Source: Eledone cirrhosa (Eukaryota). Taken from it: a stretch of 64,000 nt of DNA. The notes beneath the pieces were generated by a model, which saw only the letters and a program-made list of their open reading frames with translations, did not search any database and was not told where the DNA came from. A program made the translations under genes and the position numbers. Positions 54,723-64,000 of this stretch are shown piece after piece (within the stretch, counting starts at the first letter, position 1; every line of letters begins with the position of its first letter). Location: assembly GCA_964016885.1 (NCBI GenBank), contig OZ024741.1, positions 382,850,001 through 382,914,000 on the forward strand, given 5' to 3'.

Positions 54723-54885
54723 TTTCCAATAATATTAATATTAATAACTAAATCAACATCAATATTTAGCGATATTTTGCCTTGTCTGACGAACGAATGC
54801 GGACGTTTCTTGTATTCGTCTTATTCGGGAAACCGCTGCTAATGCGGTAGTTATATTGTATTGTTTATTATATATATATATATAA

Positions 54886-54996
<111 letters not shown>

Positions 54997-55003
54997 TATA
55001 TAC

Positions 55004-55174
<171 letters not shown>

Positions 55175-55330
55175 GATAAATCTACCAAGAGTTTACGGTA
55201 GTGTCCAATCCGTATGAAGAACTCAATGTAATCCGGATATCATGGAGAGAAGAGATGCAATGAAAAATCACTTTCGGTGAAAGATAAACGGAATACAGAG
55301 TCAAGATAAAATATTATATATAATATATAT

Positions 55331-55759
55331 ACATATATATATGAAATATTAACAAAATAATGAATAAAACAATGAAACAGTTCCTTATATTAAACAAAAA
55401 AAGTTCATTATTTAACGATCGTTTCTGGGATATATATGTGTTAGAATTGGCATGTATATTTAACAGATCTATGTACAAAATTATACAAATTTATACAAAC
55501 TATCAAAATTAAATATACATACCAACTCATATATATGCCGTCTTAAAGACGGCATATATATGAGTTGGTATGTATATTTAATTTTGATAGTTTGTATAAA
55601 TTTGTATAATTTTGTACATAGATCTGTTAAATATACATGCCAATTCTAACACATATATATCCCAGAAACGATCGTTAAATAATGAACTTTTTTTGTTTAA
55701 TATAAGGAACTGTTTCATTGTTTTATTCATTATTTTTTTAATATTTCATATATATATGT
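55331..55759. repeat. Near-perfect palindrome (~214-bp arms, centre 55545)
   Basis: ...ATATATGCCGTCTT-A-AAGACGGCATATAT...; I found one mismatch; both arms contain GAAACGATCGTT. Confidence 0.95.
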
Positions 55760-55820
55760 ATATATATATATATATATTAATTCAAATATTAACAAAATAG
55801 ATATTCTTGTGATCAATTAA

Positions 55821-55885
55821 ATGTTATTATACATATTTCAGAGGTACTGAATCAAGTTCAACAGTACGTCCTCATCAGATAACAT
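55821..55885 (-). ncRNA. Type-I hammerhead ribozyme (intact core)
   Basis: Minus strand ATGTTAT-CTGATGA-GGACGTACTG...CAGTACCTCT-GAAA-TATGTA-TA-ATAACAT: perfect 7-bp stem I, ~9-bp stem II. Confidence 0.85.
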
Positions 55886-55991
55886 AAAATGATACATGAC
55901 ATACCCTGAGATGTTAGATGGTTAAGATTTAATCACTACCTTGATTAAATCTTAACCATCTAACATCTCAGGGAATGTCATGTATCATTTT

Positions 55992-56055
55992 ATTTTATCT
56001 GATGAGGACGTACTGTTGAACTTGATTCAGTACCTCTGAAATATGTATATAAAAT
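55992..56055 (+). ncRNA. Hammerhead mirror copy missing one nucleotide at the cleavage site
   Basis: ATTTTAT-CTGATGA-...-GAAA-TATGTA-T-ATAAAAT. Confidence 0.7.
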
Positions 56056-56306
56056 TTAATTGATCACAAGAATATCTATTTTGTTAATATTTGAATTAAT
56101 ATTAATAACTCTGGAAAATATTGCTTGTAGAGTGCTTCATATCTACTGTAAAACTCATTCTTTGATGTACTCATTGAATCTTGTTTAACTCTTTAATATA
56201 TATATATATATGCATATATATGTATATATGTGTGTGTATGTAAGTATATATATATATATATTTGTATGTATATATATATATATATGTGTGTGTATATATG
56301 TATGTA

Positions 56307-56908
56307 TGGTCACCAGTTGGTGCTACTGGTAACATGTATCCCAGTACAACCTGTCTCCTGGTCGGGTCGTTGGCGACTAAACTGGCAGCCCCACCAAGGT
56401 TTCTTGGTGAGGAGGGTGACTTTGGACATCCTGCAGGACTAAAAACAAAACCTGTCAAAGGGCAAAGGAGCTCTTAAGAGTCAATGGCCATCCAAAATCA
56501 CCGGGAGAGATGACCCCTTAGCCTTTGTCAAGGCAGAATTCTAGGAGAAGGAAAACTCTGATATAACAACTGCAACTCTGATGGTATCCAATGATGTTGA
56601 CTTGTTCTTCTTTTTGGTAAATATCATCTTGGTTAAGAGAGTGGGACTGGCTTTGTGCAGTGCCTTTGCTCACTATAAAAGCTTCACGGCACAGGCATTG
56701 CTTTATATCTGGAGATCTTTCTGCACTTGTCGTCACATGGTACCATGGGCCCAGCACTATGTGTCAATGGTTGTCAGAGGTGTAGTGTTTGTACCAGAGT
56801 TTTCAAGTCGTTGGCTGGACTAAAAATCACACTCGTTCAGTGTATCGGTAGGGGTTCTCCTGCATGGATATAAAGTAGTGGCCGTACTCGAAAACGAGTT
56901 GGCAGCCA

Positions 56909-56910
<2 letters not shown>
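56307..56910. mobile_element. Probable RTE-type LINE 5'UTR pieces in opposite orientations
   Basis: GC-richer structured block 56307-56520 on the plus strand; the minus strand gives KKKNKSTSLDTIRVA (~56571-56615), like the lead-in to an RTE endonuclease. Confidence 0.4.
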
Positions 56911-56963
<53 letters not shown>

Positions 56964-57503
56964 TATATATATATGTGTGTGTGTGTGTCTGTGTGATTTG
57001 CAGCTGGAAGTCTAGTTTACTTGGTTTCACTCACATCCTTACACTTTTCGTATCTCTCGCCCTTTCTCTCTGACTGCCGCTATTCCTCTATCTTCCTATC
57101 TATCTTATTCTCTACGTATGTATGTATATTTTCATATATATGCTTATGTGTCTGTATGGGCGTGTGAGGCTGTCTATGTTTGTGTTCCCGTGTGGATGTG
57201 TGTGTGTGTGTATATATGTGTGCGTATGTGTACACCTTTATGGCTATCATACATGAAATATATTGATAAGTTACATAGGAAACACTCCAAAAGCTTTTAA
57301 AGAAAGAACTGACATTACCTACACAGTGAATGGAAGTTGCATGTTTTCTGGGAATCTATATAGTGGAATCTTATCCAAATATGCTTATTTCTTCCATACC
57401 GAACGGGCAATACATAGATCCTTATGTGAACCACATTTATGTATGTATCTATGAACACACAAGATACATAAACGCATACATACATGCACCCATATATATA
57501 TAA

Positions 57504-57568
<65 letters not shown>

Positions 57569-57675
57569 TGTGTGTGCTTATGAAAACACACAACACACAT
57601 ATACGCATACATAGATACACGCATCTATTATTTTCTTCATACACACCTATTTAAATACTTTTATACGTTTTATAC

Positions 57676-57722
<47 letters not shown>

Positions 57723-57999
57723 GGCAGTTATGTATACTTAGATGCATCGATAGTATCTAATACTACCAGAATGTATATAGTATTTAAAATAAGTAAATGG
57801 CATACCATTAAGGAACCTGGCTACCTGTGCGTTATTGCTTGAATACATCTGAAGCATTGTAGTTAAGCAATTACATTTCCTTAGTCATGTTGTTGAACAG
57901 CGTGAAGCCATTAAATTCAAAACTAAAGTATACTAATGTAAACTAAACTAAATATATCCATTTAGATTGCATGGCTTTGTATTCAAGGCAGATATAAAT

Positions 58000-59720
58000 T
58001 ATTATAATCTACTTTGAATTATCATTTGCTTCTTGCATTTTATTGATTAGCGCAACCCTATGTCGAAAACCTATTTTACAGAAACTCCGTTTGGAAGAAT
58101 AATATACAAACAAAGAATATTTCAATAAAGTAAACTTCTCCATCATAGTTATGACTAAATGAATCCCCATTATAGTTCGATTAGAATAGAAAACAAAAAC
58201 GATTTTACAAATAATCAAACATTATTTATTGTTGAGAAAGCTAATGAACTGTTTCATTGTGGTTTTCGTAAACTGCCTTTTTCGTTGTCTTTCTTTTGTC
58301 ATGAATATGTTACAGAATGTTTAAACTCTCTGCACCTCGAGGTAAGTTTATTTATTTCTCACTCAAATAGACAACAGCCGTCCAGGCAGAGTAGTAATTA
58401 TATCTCATTCAAGAGTTATTGTATCTCTTCGGTGTTATCAGAGTAAATCCTACAAATATTGATTTCTGATGCATTAAATCTTCTCTTATTGCATCCTACA
58501 ATAAATAGTTCCTTTCTTCCGAAGGAGTAATTTGCCTACAGGTTATTTCTACGTATCTTTTTACCCCTAAATCTCCAAGCTAATGCCCCCAAAACTTTCC
58601 TACTCAAATATTACTAGCTAATGGAATTTTCGTGTTTGTATCGAAACTGCAGATGATTCGGCAAGGCAGTTTTTATGTGCACGCTCGGATTCGAATATTA
58701 TTCATTATAGGTTTGCTCCATTACGACAAACAGCAGAATAAAAAATGAAATACAAGCATCGAACACTGTATATACTACAGCTGAAAAATCAACCACTGTC
58801 AACGTCGATTGCCGTGGACGTCCGCTAACATCATTAGTAACAACCTTTGTTTCAGTCGAATAAAATACATAATAATAATATTTTCTTCGTTATTAATACA
58901 GAGACAGAAGGGGAGACTTTGAAATGTCGAATTACAAAATCAGTGCTGTGTTCCTGAAAGGTATAAGAGGAAACAGATATGAAACATCAACGGTATAAAT
59001 ACAAAATCAGTAATGAAATATAAAATGTCACACGTAATTGGTTGTTTCCATTAGTGATCAATTTGCTGACATTGTACTTCAATTTGAAATCATTCATTTT
59101 TACATTAGTTTCAGTTTATTGCTTACTTACCAAGCACAGGTGTGTGCGCCTTTTGAAAGTACTTAGTTTAATTATGGATGTGTATTTTTATTTGTGTTGG
59201 ATATGTAATCCTTAGTAGCATACCCACTGTAATCTTCATCTAATGCAATTTATCGCAAATGTAATGATTAACAAAGGTTTCATCGGTGACGATCTAATCT
59301 ATTTGCATTAATCCAATACTTTCAGCAGGTTTCACCATAACTAAGTCACCGCTGATCTTAGTGTAATTGTTTTCGATCCCAGTTTTAGTTACTGGATCAC
59401 TTCAATGTTCAACGGTATTTGCTCAGTGTTGAGAATAAACTGCCACTTATGGGAGCTGCTTCCAATAACACACTTCGGTGCGTAATGTGATTCACTTCAT
59501 TTCTGCAGTGGAAAACAAAGACGTTGAGGAGGGATCTCGCTTGAACTGGGATGTGAGAACGGCATGCTGCTTTACGCGTTCTTGGACAATACAGGAATCG
59601 ATGTAGTCAACCCAATAGAGATATTTATTCTTGAAAAGAAAACGAAGTATAACTAAAGGAATAACAACTGGATAGTGATCCAAGTAAAAAAAGCAGCAAC
59701 GAAGACCCATTCCCTAAAAA
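58000..59720 (-). pseudogene. Decayed secreted ZP-domain-like gene (copy C)
   Basis: After TTTTTAG: signal-like EWVFVAAF/LLGSLSSCYS (frameshift); IVTDETFVNHYICD (~59254-59295); CRIICSFD (~58640-58663); INICRIYSD..LLLCLDGC (~58374-58463); LFVKSFLFS (~58189-58215). Confidence 0.42.
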
Positions 59721-62701
59721 TAATTTATACGACAATTAAGGATATGGTCCACATAATCAGGAACGGGTAAAACTCTGGCATTAACACTATTCAAAACTTG
59801 TCGGTGTTGTTGTTTTTCCTCTTATGTTCGTCTTTGATTTCCTCATTGCTTTATTTGTTTGCTCTTTTTTTGCTGCATTTCTATGTAGTTTCTGCTGTTA
59901 CTAATACTTACCGCTCTATCCTCTCATACCACTCTCCACAAAACCCCCCGAAGAGGTTGTCTACTAAAGGGTTGAAATTCACTGAAAATCTCTTCTTTTT
60001 CGCCACTTTATTTGCCGGCTGGTTGTCAAATTTGACTCTACATCATGAGAATAGTTTTCTCAAGACGAAATTTTGAAATATTTTTAAAACACAAATAAAC
60101 AAAACAAACACAATACTTTATGTACAACTTATGGAAGTCTACGAAATATATTTCACTATGTCAATAATTACTAATTTAAAGCCAGTAATTTGTGGGGAGG
60201 GGAATGTCGTACTTTATTTTAATCACTCTGTAAAGAACAAATGCTAAATCTTGCTCATGTGATTTAATCTCAGAAGCTTACCTTTATCATATATAGATTG
60301 ATGAATAAAATAAAATATTTAAAAAGCTGCAGCTAAGTGTACGCTTAGATATTTCTCACTCTTCGGATCATCTACAAAACCCTTTAAATTCTGAAGTAGT
60401 CTGCTATCTACCATTTCTACACAAGTACATCCAAGTATCCGTCAATCTGCCTCTCAGCACCCCTCTCAAATTGTTATATACAAAACTCACGATTTCTATT
60501 ACTGAAATACTTTGGCAATCTCACCTACTAATGTATTTCTCCTGAAAAATCGATCTAAATATTCTTCAATTACTGAAATTCGACTTCATTGCTCTGACCA
60601 TTGAACACACACGCTCCTATAAATAATTAGTGAAAATGCATTCATAAAATCTTTTACTAATGCAATATATTTATATTTCCCCAAAGTAACACAGTTTTAA
60701 TTGCATTTTTCTCGTTTAAATAATCATAGCAACATATTAATTGCTTTATTGATTTTGGCGGTGAAAGTGTCCTTAGTCTGTGATTATTATTCACCCTTCT
60801 GTATAGTGATCTTTCGTTCTATTCTCCTTAGAATTAATTAAATGTTGCAGTATACACTACTAAATGATGCACTAGTTTAATAGTTTCATATTACCAAATC
60901 GCAATAGGTGAGCAGAGTTGTTGATGTTGGAATATATTTTCCAGAGTTATATTGCAACACTTTATGTAGAAAAAGATATATTGAAATGAACTATAATATT
61001 CTGATACCCAGTAGAGTGGAATATTTGTAAATATCTGTATAGGATTAGAAACTTATATTTTTTCGTAAATAAATATATAATTTATATAAGAAAATTGAAC
61101 CAGAAAAATATCTAGTAAAATTCTAATGTAATCTTAAAGCACTGGTTTAATATTACCCAAAGAGAAAGAATGAAAGATTTGATTATGTCTACAAAAGTAT
61201 TGCGATCTTTCATCGCTTTTGTGTGGTCGATATGAAATAAATTGAAAAATTTAGTGTCGACTTTGATATCAACATTAAATAGGAAACAGTTTAGATTAGT
61301 CTTTCACTGAGTATTTACTGAGAGACAGATCATAAACGAAAAGTTATTTTCTGTGCAAGGCATAAATGATATAAAACAGTTAAAAAAAACGAATGAAAAA
61401 CAAAATATATAGATTTGGATTATTGATTCCTCTAAGCGAAAATCAAACTGAATTTCCGAAATATAATATTATTTTTATATATTATTTAGTAAAAGGCTGC
61501 GTTTTATTTGACTTAACAAATATTGATTTCTGACTTGTTCCACAAGGATGCAAATATAGATCAGGAGGGAATGGGTTTATGTATTTTTCATGGTTTTGGC
61601 AAGATTAATAGCAATATAAGTGAAAGAAATTAGCTTCAATCATACATCAAAGAAGGTTAGCAGTCTTTGCTACCCAGGAATTTATATTTACCTCAATAGC
61701 ACATAAAGTCTTAGGAAAGATTAGTTTCTTTGCCCATCAAATTAAAAGAAAATATGTATGCAATATGGTCGACATAATAAATTCCCGTAGAATAGAGGTC
61801 ATTTGTTTTCTTTTTGGAGCAATTAAAATATAAACATGAAGAGTGTATTTTAGCTAAGAAAACAAATGTAAAGTTCACTACTTACATGTAAAGTTTAAAT
61901 CTAAAACAATAATTATATACAATTCTAGACCCATTATTTTTTCATGGCTGTGTTTCATTTTTACATGCCTAGGTTGCTTTTTAATAACAGACCTACAATG
62001 TTTGTTAGTGTCATTACAAGGAAGTTATATATATAAATGTATTTAACAATACATATATTCACAATACTATATACTCTACTTAAGTTACCTATTGAAATTC
62101 GTCTAACAAATTTCATATCATAGAATATGAAGTGGTGTTTCATTTTCCCCCCTTAGTTAGCGGAGGGGGGGTGAAAGGACTCCACCTTTCGCGATGGGGA
62201 AGAAAGGTCATAATGATTTTAATTAAGTTGATTCTGCTAACAGTTTCCTAGCGTCAGTTGTTGGTGTTAAAGCGGGCGATAGACTGCAATTATATCCCAT
62301 GTAGGTCTCGGTGGTAAAAGAACTCCAAAGGAAAAGAAACGGGAAAAATACCACAAGGAATCGCAGCCCACATATTATAAATTCTGTTAAGAACCTAAGC
62401 TGGACTAGTATTTTATTTTATCAAACACCAAAAAACTGAAACGCATTATGGACAAGATTTGCAGTCTAAATCTTACAACATCATGGCTACGACAAATTAT
62501 CAAATAGACATGTAATTTTTGGAGCATTGACTTTCGCTTAGCTGCAACAGGTAAAGAATTAACATCAACCTGAAACTATATTTTGTTTTTTTACAATATG
62601 ATAATAATATTCGTCTGTTATGAAAATATTATCCGCAGTTACGCATAATATTGTAAATTGCACTAAATCGGGACACAACGATTATGTAAGCAATTCATTT
62701 A

Positions 62702-62986
62702 TTACAAACTCATACAAATTGATAAAATGATTACTATATTAAATAACAAATGAAAATGCATAAAAATTCTGTTAAAAAAACATTTTCGCTTATATTGGGA
62801 AGTTGTGCTACAATAGTAGTTGTGGTCACGTTTGCATCTTCCCAATCGTCGTATGAGTTCACCTGACCATTGCATGACAGAGCAACGTATACTCAACGTA
62901 ATGCATGTATTCGAGTGATATATTTCCATAATTCTCTGTATTTCATAAAAGCGATAGATTTTTGAAATAGCAACTTCGAAATCCGT
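62702..62986 (-). pseudogene. Terminal exon of a ZP-domain-like gene (copy D): ZP-C end, basic cleavage-like site, hydrophobic tail
   Basis: Open frame FEVAISKIYRFYE...ITLSIRCSVMQW...RRLGRCKR...FMHFHLLFNIVIILSICMSL*. It could be a live exon of a gene extending beyond the window. Confidence 0.45.
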
Positions 62987-63321
62987 CTTCAATATGTAAT
63001 AAAAATAATTATGGCATGGGAACCCTATATATATATATAAAGAATTCCAAGTATGCATGCCGCGCGCTACGTACCATGCAGGCGGCAAGGTATATAGCAC
63101 AAAGCATCGGATACAGAATCTGTCTCTTTTATTTTCTGCGGAAGAAAAGATTTTAAGCTCAAAATATCAGGACATATAAATAAATTAAGGTAATAACACT
63201 TCTTGTTTCACCCGACTTGTTTGTTTATTCGTCCATACCGCATTGTCGTGGTTTTCAAACTTCGAATTTTTTATACTATATACGATATATATATATATAT
63301 ATATATATATATCGTATATAG

Positions 63322-63363
<42 letters not shown>

Positions 63364-63379
63364 CATGTGTGTTTCTGTG

Positions 63380-63419
<40 letters not shown>

Positions 63420-63421
<2 letters not shown>

Positions 63422-63609
63422 ATTGTTTCTATGTTTGGCACAAGGCCACCAATTATCCCAGTGCATTACTGATACTTTATTTTATCGACCCCGTAAGGAT
63501 GAAAGGCAAAGTTAACCTTTGCGGGATCTGAACTCAGAATGGCAATGCCGTAACTCTATGTGTCCATGCATGGTGTCCTACCTTTTACCGATACCGCCAA
63601 TCCACCGCC
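63420..63609 (-). mobile_element. SINE copy, full length
   Basis: Reverse complement of the SINE, including the GGCGGTGGATTGGCGG head. Confidence 0.9.
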
Positions 63610-63646
63610 ATTGTATATATATATAATGTATGTATATGTATATATT

Positions 63647-63800
63647 CCTGGACTGGACGATGTGTTATGTCCTTGGGCAAGACACTTTATTTCACGTTGC
63701 TCTTGCTACCTGGAGTTGCGACTGATAGAACGTATTAGCAATTGGAAAGACCAATGGAAACATTGTTTCCTTGGTCTGATTTGACGAACGACAACCGACT
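63647..63800 (+). mobile_element. Fragment of a second SINE family
   Basis: GTGTTATGTCCTTGGGCAAGACACTTTA, a typical sequence following a SINE tRNA head. Confidence 0.55.
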
Positions 63801-64000
63801 ATATATATATATATTGTTATACTTTGGGAGGGTCATGTTGCCAATAAGAAACACACGCACGAAATGATTTCACTTCAATTTATTATAAATTAAATTCATA
63901 AATTTAGGAATTTATAAATTTCCGGTTGGTTGTTTGGTTGGTTCCACAACCAGACGATTGTTCATATATTATCAAAATTCTTTCGTCACACATTCTGTGA

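Larger units (their letters stand above)
55774..56102. repeat. Palindrome (~162-bp arms, 6-nt loop CTACCT at 55936-55941) carrying two hammerheads
   Basis: Arms are reverse complements with ~4 differences. Confidence 0.93.

Noticed and set aside
63050-63095. GC-rich hairpin as a Helitron 3' end
   Set aside because: No CTRR terminus at the expected distance and no other Helitron evidence.

Overview
Eukaryotic, AT-rich, microsatellite-dense and transposon-dominated DNA. The SINE family and repeat content suggest an octopus or other coleoid cephalopod (inference). I find no intact host gene. Most ORF-track entries are microsatellite read-throughs or retroelement fragments. The window contains: (1) several Penelope-like element (PLE) remnants at (TA)n tracts, whose terminal repeats carry type-I hammerhead ribozyme (HHR) folds, some with unusually long stem II, and many of which sit in fold-back palindromes from about 0.2 to 2.3 kb; (2) a train of L1/Tx1 LINEs, an R4/Dong LINE fragment and SINEs strung along (TAA)n at 38-50 kb, including one full-length Tx1 and one internally inverted copy; (3) RTE LINE fragments; (4) about 15 copies of a tRNA-derived Nin-domain-like SINE whose 3' tail resembles the Tx1 3' tail; (5) between the repeats, decayed minus-strand exon-like segments with zona-pellucida (ZP) domain motifs, suggesting a tandem array of ZP pseudogenes. 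All calls were made by eye, and most boundaries are approximate to within tens of bp.
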